Position numbers and translations under genes: made by a program. Source: Callorhinchus milii (lineage: Eukaryota). From it: a stretch of 64,000 bases of DNA. The notes under the pieces are model-generated. The model worked only from the letters and a program-made list of their open reading frames with translations. It was not told the DNA's origin and searched no databases. Shown in pieces: positions 38,501 through 51,274 of this stretch. Every line of letters begins with the position of its first letter. Position 1 is the stretch's first letter. The stretch lies in NCBI RefSeq assembly GCF_018977255.1, contig NW_024704743.1, positions 31,188,001 to 31,252,000 on the forward strand. The letters are read 5' to 3'.

Positions 38501-39967
38501 CATATCCATACCATGTCATGACACGGGTCTTGGCTCATTAGGATTTGGTCATGGAATGTAACAATAAAGTTATTAGCAGCAGTTGTTTTAGACTGAGCTA
38601 TTTTAATTGACTTGTTATGATTGTGAAAACAGTGAAGGAAAAGATAATTTGCCATTAGTATTTCTAAAGATAAAAGATTTGTTGAATAAGCTACCAGGGT
38701 AAACCATCACAGCTCACAGTACGAGTGAGTTTCAAGAGGTATTTCTGGAAATAAAGGGTTTGAAGGATGAGCAGGGTTTGAGAACTATCCAACCGATTTG
38801 TTGGGCGTAGTGGTCTTTTCTTGCCTCAAAAATTCTTAATATTTGACTGAGTTAATTCCGATCAACTCTGAGGAACAAAAGGATTCAATTAAATTTCAAC
38901 ACAACAACTTGCACTTTTAAAGCGCCCTCCACTCAGGGTAGCGTCTCAGAGAGCTTAACAGTGGAGGAGCCTGAGTTCCAGTTCCACATCTGGTAATGTA
39001 AAATTTAGGTTGCACTCTCTTTTCCTTCAGCAAATTCTACATTGTACCATGAACATAGTACTTGACTTATTCAAGAGATAGTCAGACAGACAGTCACAGC
39101 TAGATGACTACAAGTGTGAATACAAATAGGAATAATCAAGAGCAAAGATTGCACAGAAAGGTTTTGAATGATACAGTGAAATATACTGATGGAATAGCCA
39201 GAAAGAAATTGCTGTTAACCCTAATCCACAGATCTGATTACAGTGGAAGAGAAAATAATGGGACAAATCTCCTTTTCTCATATTACTCTCTAAGAATCTT
39301 TCACATGTGGAGGAAAACAATTATATTTGGAAACTCATATTTGACCAGAATACTCTCTTCACAGCATCAGACAACATCATGTGCTAAAAGTAATGAAGAT
39401 AAAAAGGCACATCAAGGCACATTGCTACAAAGTTCAGGATCCCAATATGCTTAAATGCAAATATCAATGAAGAGTTGTGGTGTGCAGAAAGTCACCGATA
39501 GGCTTGAGTGCTGGGTAATACTAAATAAAAGTATTTAACTCTAAAACCACAGTGGTTATATAAATAGAACACTACTGGCCAGGTGTACATTATACACAAT
39601 ATATGAAGTCCCAAAACAGTTGTGAAAATACAAGTCCTAAAAGATTGATTGATTGATTCTTCAGGCACTGAAATTTGGTTGTATAATCAAAGCCAGAAAC
39701 AAGAAAGGTGCAATAAATTACTGTAATGATAGTTGGACATACTGAAGGTCTTTTTTGAAAGCAACAGAAAATTCTACATTGTATGTAGAATGATTGTTGG
39801 CCCCATTTGATCTCAACCTTCCACCATATCCTACGATCCCACAATTACGACTCAACCCATATCTTAAATTTGTCTTTTTTTTCTTGAACCATCTTTCCTA
39901 GTAACCCTTTCCAGCTGTACATAATATTTGGTGTACCTCAACATATAGATTTATATTTAAACATTAC

Positions 39968-40071
39968 CTTTGAAAGACTGAATGGCTCGGTCCACCAGCT
40001 CTTCAATGCGGTAACTGGCGAGTTCTCCTCTGGCATGCTTGGTCTTGCAGTACGTGCAAGCGTTCAGGCAT
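39968..40071 (-). CDS. CDKAL1: Internal coding exon of CDKAL1 (threonylcarbamoyladenosine tRNA methylthiotransferase, radical SAM)
   Basis: Minus strand reads tacag|A TGC CTG AAC GCT TGC ACG TAC TGC ... TTC AAA G|gtaat, i.e. (G)[34 protein letters not shown](E). It has the CxxxCxxC motif, canonical AG/GT ends, and closely matches vertebrate CDKAL1 [36 protein letters not shown]. Not in the ORF track. Confidence 0.96.
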
Positions 40072-40244
40072 CTGTATTGCAATAATACAAAGTTTTAATG
40101 AATCAATGAATTGAACAAGTCAAATAATTGCACATGATGTTGCAGTCCAAAGGTGTTCTATATAGATATAGTGATATAATGATTTAGTTTATAGTCGGTC
40201 ATGATTCCAGTCAAGATTTTTATTGGAATAAAAGAATCCTTGGA

Positions 40245-40660
40245 TTTGATATAGGTCCTATAATATCAAGACACTAAAAAATGCATCACAGGAAAATGCT
40301 GTCAATGTTGTGTCTGTGAATTTGTAAGAAAATACGGTAGACAATTTTGCAAACTGAAAGGACCCCACAAGCAACCACAAAGTGATAACCAATTTATAAA
40401 GGGGACCATTGGCCAGGACACCAGGAGAAACTTGTCTTTTTTTTCAAAATTGTTCCATGGCATATTTTATCTCCATCTGAACAGAGAGACTGGACCTCAG
40501 TTGAACTTCTCATCAGAAAGGCAGTATTTCAAACAATGTAGCTCTTCCCCAGTACAGTATTGCACTGGTGTGTCAATCTAGATTAGGAGCTCAAAGTCCC
40601 AATGTGGGCTTCAACCAACAAACCTCTGACAGTGAAACTGTCAGATAGTGCTACCAACTA
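40245..40660 (-). mobile_element. Deu-domain SINE
   Basis: TTGGCCAGGACACCAGGAGAAACT...CCATGG...CTCATCAGAAAGGCAG...CAGTAC (reverse Deu core). Confidence 0.7.
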
Positions 40661-40738
40661 TAGTTTGAGTGTCTTGTAATTTCATTGTATTACTTTTAAT
40701 TAGTTCATTAATATTGAATGCGGCAATCAGATAACAAT

Positions 40739-41038
40739 GTTAGAGCACTCGCTTTGCGAGCGAGAGACCCGAGTTCAATTCCAGGCAGGGCGAAACCTTG
40801 GGCAAGTTTCCTTACTCCACATGCCTAATAATCCCTCCAAAAAACAAAAACAATAATTAGGTTGGTCATTTTCAATCTACGACTGTTTGTGGGATATTGC
40901 TGTGCGCAATTAGCTGCCGCGTTCGCCCACAAATATACGGTCAATTCACTTTACAGTGTGTTCTGTGAAGCGCTTTGGGACGTCCTCCCGACGTGAAAAA
41001 CGCTATATCAAATGCAAGGATTATTATTATTATTATTA
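40739..41038 (+). mobile_element. Young tRNA-SINE, short form
   Basis: Near-identical to 61870; tail GGGACGTCCTCCCGACGTGAAAA. Confidence 0.93.
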
Positions 41039-41682
41039 ATGCAAACATTATACATGCATTCTTTCTGCTAATATGTATAATCTAAATGCTCAGAATGCAA
41101 AGGAACTATTACATATTATTGCAAAACACCAACCAGTTGGAGAAATTTAGATTCTGCTAACTAACTGTCATAGAAAGTGGTTTCTTACCACTTGCTCTTT
41201 TCAGTACAGGTTCATACTACAACTGTATGGAGTCTAATGTCTAGTTGCTGTACAAATATGAACCACGGCTTATTTTTCTCTTCATTTTCCCAAGTGGACA
41301 ACTTGCCCAACTGACCTTCTGGTCAGTCCTGCCTGGTGTTATACCAACAATCACCATCAACCCCTGCATCATATTGGGAGCAGATGAAGTTGGTTTAAAT
41401 AAGTAAATTACCTGACTAGGTTATCCTTTTTAATTCTATCATATGTGGCAGCTCGTGGAATATCAACAATTAATGCTTCAGCTCAGGATGTCTAAAATTC
41501 CGCATTTCCAGCATTGGGAAGTTAAAAAATTGGCAAAACATTAGTTGATAATAATTTCAGTTCCCTCAATTTTGTCTTCAGAAGAAATACATAATGCTAA
41601 TTGCACAAAATATCTAAAATTGAGAAATTTAGGTGAATGGACAAAGCCCAAAAATATAGGACACAAAGATGGAAAAAAGCAG

Positions 41683-42006
41683 TAATAAGAATAATAGTCC
41701 TTGCATTTGATATAGCGCTTTTCATGTCGGGAGGACGTCCCAAAGCGCTTCACAGAACACACTGTAAAGTGAATTGACTGTATATTTGTGGGCGAACGCG
41801 GCAGCCAATTGCGCACAGCAATGTCCCACAAACAGTCGTAGATTGAAAATGACCAATTTATTATTGTTTTTTGTTTTTGGAGGGATTATTATTAGGCATG
41901 TGGAGTAAGGAAACTTGCCCAAGGTTTCGCCCTGACCTGCCTGGAATTGAACCCAGGTCTCTCGCTTGTAAAGCGAGTGCTCTAACCACTGAGCTACAGG
42001 ACTGCA
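41683..42006 (-). mobile_element. Young tRNA-SINE, short form, full length
   Basis: Reverse complement has A box TAGCTCAGTGG, B box GTTCAATTCC and the L2-type tail. Confidence 0.93.
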
Positions 42007-42334
42007 CAGTACAAATAATACCAAAAACAAGACGGCCATGAAGACAAATTTAGTGAATGCTCAAATGCTAGTGACTTGTATCTACATGTGCAGTGCTAGA
42101 ACTTGTAGTCAATAACTGAAGGTATCTAAGGAGATTACAAATCACTAAAGTGTTCCGAAAGCAGAATTCCAGAAGTGCCTACTTTAGCTGAAAAACAAAC
42201 TCATGTTTGTACAATGGACTAAAACTTTCTAGGTACGTTTCTACAATATTTTATTATTTTCCATCTTGTAAATAATTTGAAAGTTAACAGTAGCTTTGAT
42301 AGCTTCTGCAGGAAAAAGGTCTCAAAGTATTTGA

Positions 42335-42590
42335 TTCGGTGCCTTTCACGTTGGGAGGACATCTAAAAGTGCTTTGCAGGTGTTTACTGTACAGTAACTG
42401 TGCATTTGTAAGTAAGTCAAGCAAGGTCCCACAAACAGTCGTGGAATGAATGACAGATTTTATCTGGGGGATTGTTGGCCAGGACATCAGGAGAAACTTC
42501 CTTCTCTTTTTGAATAGTGTCATGAGATCTTTAACTTCCACCTTAACCGGCAAACGGGACCTTGGTTGAGGTCCCATCCGATGAACAGAA
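42335..42590 (-). mobile_element. Deu-domain SINE fragment
   Basis: Reverse Deu core with L2-type tail GCCTTTCACGTTGGGAGGACAT. Confidence 0.7.
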
Positions 42591-44586
42591 ATTCCAGCTG
42601 ATGGTATTTGTAGATACAACCAACGGATTTGCGACTGGTCAAATTTCCTGGTGCCTCTGTGAATTTTATAACCCCACCATAGCTCAGAAGATATACAAAG
42701 ACGTCTCTCGCTACTTCAATTTTATTATATTAAATCAGTTGGATGATTTTTTCAAAACAAAACAATATTTTCTTAATTATTTATCTAACCTACAAAAAGT
42801 AAAATGACTATTGCCAACTTGAACTGGGGAAAGTAAAATGATTGTGCCTGAAACTTTCATAAACAGCCTGAATTATAGAATTTTGCTGAAAATAAATCAA
42901 TAGTGTGGATACACCAGTAAAATTACAAAACCTCTTTGTTAAATGTATGGAGAATGGTGTCATTTTTCAACAGAGGTATAATTTATTGATGTTTGAGCTG
43001 CTCTGATTGTAAACGAGGTTTCAGCCAATATCAGGGATTGCAATTTAATGCAACAGGAAGTTTTCTCATAATGAAGTTAAAATAATGAAAACCAGCTACT
43101 TCCTCAAGAAATACCTTATTAACTGATTTTGTGTGTGAAAACCATATGGATGTTTTTCATTATCATAAATATCATCTATAAATACTGTACAGTAAATGAA
43201 CTATAATAGTTTACTAAATTTTATCCCAGAAACAAAGTTTGCAAAGTTTGGAACACAAAGTAAAAAGTGGATTAGAATCTTCAGATTGTTCAAATGAATT
43301 ATTGCTCTTCAGTGACATCCTGAGCTTTTTAATGGAAAGCAAATGTCTGTCTTTATGGCCTATCTAACGCACTTTTTCCTTCCTTCTGAAAAAAAATCAA
43401 TGCAACCATTTCAATTTACAGGAATGTTACAAAATTCCAGGTAAGTTCCTCCACAGTAATAAGATTTAAGGGATTCAACTTCTGGCAAACGTTGTCAAGA
43501 TAGTTATTGAAAGCAGAAACCCCACTATTCATCACTCATGGCCAGAGCCTGAAATCAATCAGGTTTAAGGTCATCATCCTTCCAACATAAGACAGATAAT
43601 GGCAGTGAATACTGTACCGAGAAATATAACTACTCCCCCACCCACCACTCAATAAAAAAAGGGAATATTTTGTAACAAAGAGTTAATAGTTATCTGAGCA
43701 GGACCCCTCCATTACAAGCAATTTCACAACCACTGGCAAAATACATTGTGAATGCCTATGCCCCAGCAAATGCCCCCCCAAAAAACATCATAAATACAGG
43801 TCAAAATATTCTTCATTTTATCTGGATAGTCACTGAGCTAATCAAAACTATCAAATAATTAACATAGATCTCAGCAAAATGCTCTCAGGTGAAAATAAGC
43901 TTTCCACTTGCTTTCAGCAAAAGCCTGTCCAAAAAAGGGAAATAGATTGGTAACTTGAATGGCAAAGTGAGATGGTACATGGTTATTTCGCCTCTTGGAT
44001 CTGGGCTCTAAATCAGCTAAAATCTTCTCTTTCAACGGATGTCCATTGGATTTAATGCTATTTTGGACACTTATGAAAATGAAGTTGGGCAACTTCAACT
44101 GGCAACTAGTAAGCACAAGTCTACAATAAAATATGACTCACATTTGATCATAAATTTGTTATCTCGGTTAGGAGAAAAAAGGTTGGTGTAAGAAGAGAGA
44201 AAACAAATCACACTCATACAGTAGGGATATTTTGTCTGAGGCTCAGGCTAAGCTACATTGATTAGGCAAAGTAATGAGTCTGTGCTTCATCGACCTGAGT
44301 ATGTTCAGTGCTGGAACGTGCAAAATAGAAACAAGTGACTTGCTTTTGACATTCATGAGCATTAAACAATACAATAAACAATTAATTTATGTCTTAGAAA
44401 AACACCACCTGGGACATGTGCGTCTTGTGTGGTAAAATGGGGGAGGAGTGTTCTTGATGACAGCACCGCATGTGTGAAGTCACTGAGAAACAAATCAGCA
44501 TTTCAGTAAAGGCTGCAACAAAACAATCACTGCTCCAATCTTCTTACCATCATTCTAAACTCACTACTAGCTTGCTTCAATGGAAG

Positions 44587-44888
44587 GGAGTCCAGTAACT
44601 CAGGGGTTAGAGCACTCGCTTTGCAAGTAAGAGATCTGAGTTCAATTCCAGGCAGGGCGAAACCTTGGGCAAGTTTCCTTACTCCACACACCTAATAATA
44701 ATCCCTCCAAAAAAACAAAACAATAATAAATTGGTAATTTTCAATCCATGACTGTTTGTGGGACATTGCTGTGCGCAATTGGCTGCCGCGTTCGCCCACA
44801 AATATACAGTCAATTCACTTTACAGTATGGGACGTCTAGAAGACGTGAAAAGCGCTATATCAAATGCAAGGATTATTATTATTATTAT
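44587..44888 (+). mobile_element. Young tRNA-SINE, short form
   Basis: Colinear with 61870, with a small deletion before the tail. Confidence 0.92.
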
Positions 44889-45984
44889 AAGGGGAGAGAG
44901 CTCAGTAAATGCGTGGGTTTCTTCAGGTTCCTTAAAGGTAAAAGGCTGTTTATAATTAATGCGGAGGCATATCGTAAGGGGGTAAATACTTTACATTGTA
45001 AGAATTGCCACTTCAGCAGGAATATTCATTTAAAGGAGCATTGTCTGCAATTACTCACATATTCTGAAGTGTTTATGTAAATGGAAGTTAACTGTTTGAG
45101 TTTAAATACCAAAACGAGTTCAAGATATGAAGATGGTCTTTTTTAAATTTTGCACAACTCAGCAGAGAGTGCAGAAAAAGCAGAAGCTTGTTGGTCTAAA
45201 ATAAAGCGATGACAATATCAAAGTCTTGTATATAAGATTCAATGTGAAAATAAAACTTCCTCCGTCTATTCAGTTGAATGCCAAAGGTCCCGTCACATTA
45301 ATCAAAAAGAGAAGGCAATTTATCCCTGTGTTCCAGCCAACAATATTCCAAATTAATGAGTCATTCACTTTGTGCCTGTTTGTGGGACTTTGCAAGCATA
45401 AATGGCTTTTCCTCCAAAAATATGTACAAAATTAGATTTACGCTGTTTTAAAAGAAAATAATAAAATATAGCTTCGCTGTTCAAGGCTCTCCTAATTGGA
45501 CCTCAATAATGAATCAGATTAGAGGGAATAACAGTGCACTCTTGAGCATACCGTTGTTTTGTACAGCGCTAATCAGATCAGAGAACATTTGAAGCTCCTC
45601 AAAGAGTTGATGCAAAGATGTTGCAAGTAGAAGGACCCAACATGTATATTTGGAAATCAGGCAGATTGGGAGCATGTGCCTAAAAACAACATTTCATTTC
45701 TGCTCAAAGCATTAAAAGTGAGGCTTTAAACAAAGAGAGTCAACAAGTGCAAAGACCACTGCAAGCCTTTATCAGTTATTGATGGCCAAATATGCATACA
45801 CTGGTGATATTGTCACAAGGAGAGTTTAAATATGACCTTTGTAAGGAAATCTGCAGGTAAATGGGAACTGCACAGACGCAATGGGCCAAATGGCCTTCTA
45901 CTGTTCTGTAAAGTTATATGAGGAAGTGGCAAAGGGGTAGCAGGTTGCTATAGCCATATTCTAGGGAGTAAGAAAGCAGAAGCC

Positions 45985-46230
45985 AAACTACACTACTTGC
46001 CTCGAGTCCAAAGGTTATGGATTCAGGCCCCATGTCGGGACTTTGAGATCACAGTCTGTGTTGACACTCCAATATAGTTCTGGGGGAGCGCTGCATTTGT
46101 CGAGATGCAATCCTCAAGTGGATATTAAAAATTCCATGGCACTATTCAAAAAGTGAAAGTTTCTCTCAGTGTCCTGGCCAACAATTCCTAGAATGTTCAT
46201 TTTATTGCAGCTTGTGGTACCAAGCTATGC
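45985..46230 (+). mobile_element. Deu-domain SINE fragment
   Basis: TGACACTCCAATATAG...GAGCGCTGCA...CCATGGCACTATTCAA...GTGTCCTGGCCAAC. Confidence 0.7.
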
Positions 46231-46489
46231 GACTGCCTGTGAGTTATTAAATGATGGTTTCTGTATGGAATTGATAACTCCGTTCTTCTGCTTGCTGTAA
46301 TCGTTTCCCCTGTGTGACTGCTAAGTGTTTTATAGAACCATAGAATTTATAGCCCAGAAGGTGGCCATTTGCCCCATCGTGTCTGTGCGTTCAAACCTTG
46401 TTGAGCCGCAAAAGTACCTTGTCGGAGGTTGGCTGCACAACTGCCCAATTGCCCACTATCATTTGGACACCCAAGTAGGAATCACCCCC

Positions 46490-46913
46490 ATCGCACCAGT
46501 TCTAGCCAGGCTCCACTGGCTCCCTATCCCCGAATGGATCGATTTCAAGATCAATTTTAAATCTCTTCATGCCCTGGCACCTCCCTTCCTCTCCGACCTG
46601 CTTAGCCCCCAACACACAACCCGCTGCCCCCGCTTGATTGGCTCCAGCCTTCTGCACATCCCTGTGCCCTCCGTTCCATCGTTGGTGGTCGTGCTTTCAG
46701 CCACTACGCCCCAAAGCTCTGGAATGCTCTTCCTCTATCCCTCTGCCTTGCCCCTTCTTTCCCCATCTTCAGGTCGGGCCCGAAGACCTTCCTATTCGAC
46801 TGGCCTACAGTCACCTCTCCCTCCCCCTGGTTCAGCACCATGCTCCACCACTGTCAAGCATTCTGGGACGCTACCCTGTGTGAGGGGTACTATATAAATA
46901 CAAGTTGTTGTTG
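46490..46913 (+). mobile_element. L2 LINE 3' end, older subfamily
   Basis: APVLARLHWLPIPEWIDFKI...LHALAPPFLSDLL; (GTT)n tail. Confidence 0.88.
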
Positions 46914-48204
46914 TCTGCAGCATTGTCCCACAAGCAGACAACTCAGTAGAAGAGTTCGATGGATGAGAATATTTTAGAAATATAATTAATATAGGCAGAC
47001 CAAGTACCTGGAGGTGATCACAGAGCAGGTGATTGATGAGTAATACTTGTCAATTCTCCTTCAATGAAAAGACTGGATAAAGGGCCACCTATGTTTTTAC
47101 CCAAAATATTTCAGAATAAGGAATGGGTTGAATCATTTTGTTACATAAGGAACACAAGGAGGGACTGAGCATCAAACAGGGAAACAATCGAATGTGCAAT
47201 ATTTATAAAGCCAGAACTTTTCAAACCGGCTTCACCGCAACAATAAATTATATGGCTCCAGCCTAATTACATTTCGGCAAATATAGCGACAGCTTTATGG
47301 AATGATTAGTCACAAAATAAACCCTTCTACCTCACTGACAATAGATTTTGACAAAGTCAGTAAATATGAAATATTTTCTTTTGTCACTGGAAGCACAGGC
47401 CAAATTATTAAAGTGTCAAGACTTTCTACAGGGAAGTAGATATATTCTTGTTCTTTAATTGACTCATGATAATTTAGAACTAACCCCCAGAACAGCTAAT
47501 ACCCATTAATATATGGTATTATTCCATCAACACAGCCCAAGTAATTTGTTCAAAGTAAATGTTGTTCAAACTTCTTGGAGCCAGATGGATCTTTCATGCC
47601 AGTTTTTTTTCCACCTTGTAAAATGCTATATTCCTCAAGATTTACTGTTAGAAACTGTAAAAAGAAGAAAAAAAATGTGAAGTTGAACCAATCACTTTTT
47701 TCAAGTTGGTGCTTTTTAAAACTATTTCCCTCTAAAATTGCTTCCTCCTTGTCTGAAGTTATTGATTTACTCTGGAGAACAAGCATCTGTCACCTTCTGA
47801 AACCTCATTCAACTGGCCAGTCTTCACATGTGAACTTAGACAGCAAGTTATGCAATTTTGCAGACCATCAAAGCCAATGTCAAAATGATCTTCATTTCAC
47901 TTCCACCTGTGTCACATTTCTGCAGGAGCATTACATAGAGATTGACACAAAGAACCCTGGACGATTCCTCTGTACATGGAGGCCAAACATAGCACTTGTT
48001 CTGTGACACAAGCTGTAATCAGCTAACACAGTGCCAGGCTGAAACTCTGGGAGCTTGCAGATGTTTATACCTAAAATTATATTCTCTCTGCAGCACGGTA
48101 CATGTTCACCTAGGTCTGGGCTTTGTTTTGTAGGGTGAAGGAACTGAAACTCTAAATTTCAATGAAAAGGATTACCAGTCGGTTTTGACCCACATGAAAC
48201 CAAC

Positions 48205-48630
48205 CACCTGCTCCCTCAACCCCATCTTTACCTCTCTATTTCCCACCTCCACCTCGTTGCCCCCCCCCCCCCCTTCTCACAGAGATCAGAAACCTCTCCC
48301 TGTCCACTGGCATCGTTCCCACCATTTTAAAAACAGACGTCATCACTCCTATCCTTAAAAAAACGTCCCTCGACCCATCCCTGCACTTAAATTACCACCC
48401 CATCTCCAAATTCCCTTTCTTTTCCAAGGTCCTGGAATGAGTCGTTGCTTTGCTCCTTCCTCTCCCACCACTCCCAATGAACCCCTCCGTTCTGTTTCTG
48501 CACCTTCAGTCACCCTCTTGCCCTCCTTGCCCTCCACCCGCCTTGATCCCGACTCCTCAGCTTGGGTCCAAACCCTTAACTGTCCATGGCCTTGATACGT
48601 CCTCCCAACGTGAAAGGCAAATGTAATTTT
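48205..48630 (+). mobile_element. L2 fragment with large internal deletion
   Basis: Pre-RT segment (VITPILKKTSLDP..NYHPISKFPFLSKVLE) joined to the L2 3' UTR and tail. Confidence 0.8.
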
Positions 48631-49859
48631 GTATATTGTATTGCCAGGTCATCTCTTCCTAAACTAATTAAAAATTAAGGAGATCTCACTTATGTATATT
48701 AACTCTCCCCCGGCACCTCACCCGAGGGGATTATATGATATTCAATTTGAACTGGGTGAATGGCTGAGTGGAATGACAATAACTGGGATGTGATTGCACA
48801 ATCGTCTAGTCATAAATCTGGTGTAACTTCAATAGACCACTGGAAAGATCCAATGAATAATAGTTTGCTGTTTGATGCACTTTAAACACTTAATAATTCA
48901 TTAATCCACCCAAAATATAGGTTTGAAGAACAATAGTGGGATCTAATTTACATAAATTGTTAAAAACGTTTTACTACATTTGTGCGCAATCGGATGCTGC
49001 GTTTCGCCCACAACATACACAATCAATCCACTTAATAATATATCCTGTGAAGTGCTTTGAGGTGTCTCAACGAGGTAATAAGGCGCTATGTCTTTAAAAT
49101 GGAATTAAGAGGCATTAAAAAAATTTTTTTTAGCAAATCATATTTTTTTAAAAAACTAAAAAATAATTAGAGTGACTGACTACCTATTTGGTATATTTTT
49201 ATAGGACAAAATTCTGCACTTTAAGGATGAGTAAGGAGGTAATCGATGAGCAAGCAATCAGTGATGTGTGGTAAATAAAAGTCAGTCTTATTGGTTCAAC
49301 TGAAGGGTTCAATTTTGAGGTCTAATATTTAGAAACATTTAGTGCCAGGAGTTATTTCAATTGAGCAAACAGTATTGAGAAATACTGTGAAGTTAATCAG
49401 TGAGTGTTATACCACACTTCAGATGCATGGTTTAACATATTTTACAGCAGCAGAATGCAAATTTATAAACAAAGCGGTTCTTTTTAAATAAACAGGCAAT
49501 ATTTAGTGCAAATTGCAGATGGATTTAAGATCTTGTTTAGTGAATGAGATGTAATGCAATATTTATGCTATAACTCAAGATGTGTTGCAGAACCTGCTGG
49601 GTGTCTTTATCACAATTTCACATGAAAGGCCTTGGAAAGCTTTGGGTGAATATTTCAGTGCAAAGTGCTCCTCACTGGTATTGACTCCGTGACAGCAGAT
49701 ATTCAGGTGTTGTTCCCTTTTCTGGTCTGTTGAGATCTTTTATTTCAAAGTCATTATTCATACCCTTGTGGCACTTTGAATGAGTTCTAATCATGAACTG
49801 CTTCAGCTGAGCAAGATAATACTGACCATCTGAAAATCCAGTGACTTGTGTGTTTGGAA

Positions 49860-50235
49860 AAGAATGCAGAAGCAAACTTGCGCGAAGCAATCTCCCACAA
49901 ACAGTCAGAAGTGAATGACCAATTTTTATTTGGAGTACTGCTGGCTGGGACGCCAGGAAAAACTTCCTTCTCTTTTTGAATAGTATTATGGGACCATTAA
50001 CAACTTAAGTGCTCTGAGATGCTGCCCCACATGAAGGGCGCTTTATAAATGTTGTTGTTGTTAACATCCACCTGAAAAGGTAGAAGGGGCCTTGCTTTAA
50101 CATCTCATCAAACTGACTGCACCTCTGACAATGCAGCATTCCTCAGCAATGCACTACATAAGGTCAGTCTAATATGTGAGTTCAAAGTCCCAATCTCAGG
50201 CTTGAACCCACTGAATGTGACTCTGGAATGCTACC
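49860..50235 (-). mobile_element. Deu-domain SINE with a nested L2 tail (about 50008-50062, +)
   Basis: Reverse Deu core interrupted by GTGCTCTGAGATGCTGCCC...GCTTTATAAATG(TTG)n; TTAACA on both flanks. Confidence 0.7.
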
Positions 50236-51274
50236 AAACAGCCTGCCAGCGGATTACAGGGTAACACTGATGGTGGTTGTGGAGTTGTTCATAGTCCAGT
50301 ATTATGCTGCCTGAAGGAAGACGTCTTCAGGTAGTAGATCTAAATAGGTTTCACTTTTCACAAAAATGACAATATTTCTGTTGTACACTGTGTTGAAGAC
50401 CAAACATTGTTTTTGTTTTAAGCATGAAGTAATATCACATTTAGATAACACAAATAACATGAAATTCATTTACAGTTAAGAAAACCTCCAGTGCCACCAT
50501 CGATTTGGTTTGTGATTCATGAACCATGCAGAATAACACGAAATGTGATTAAATTACTATAATCTTATATTAAAAATGAGCAAAAATATTCCTCTGTTTA
50601 ATTCATAAGAAGCGCAATGTGCCTGAAAATCATCCAGGCTTTGATTTTGATGATCATGCTGACAAATTTCAGTGTTTTTCAATTCGGCTACAAAAAGCGT
50701 TTAGTTTCAAACTGACTGATCAGCCTTTTTTTGTAAAGCGTGTAGTCAAGTTTACAACACAAAGTAGAGAATTCCAACCGCCTAAATCACAATCACAAGC
50801 TTTTGGATAATGTGTTAATTACTGTATCACTTGCTCAATTTCAGAATCCTAACTTACTGCTTTTACAGTGAATCTGTAGTTTGGAAGCTACCATATGCAA
50901 ACTTCTTATTCTACTTGGAAGGCATCAAAGAAAATCAAAGCGATCAAACTTACTTTTCTACCATCAGAAAACATACTTATTATTCAGAGATTAAGCTATT
51001 TCCCTGGTGTTTTAAGGATTATTGAAAGGCAAATCGCATTATTACGATACGCTTGGGTGATAAGATGCCTTGCATTTCTTATTTCACTTATGCCCCAATG
51101 AACTTTTTTAGGATTATTGGAAATTTCTACCATTAAAGGAAGAAGATTTTTTGGAGTGATTTTTTTTGAGAGGCGAGAACCTGAGTGTAATCCCATCCCG
51201 ACCCAACCTCCATAAGCTTCTGTTTTGAGGGATGTGGTTAAATAGCAAAGGTGGTCTTTCAGAACCTCATCAAA

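Noticed and set aside
39104..39760. Possible very old LINE remnant or 116-aa ORF
   Set aside because: Only faint resemblance; no diagnostic motif readable.
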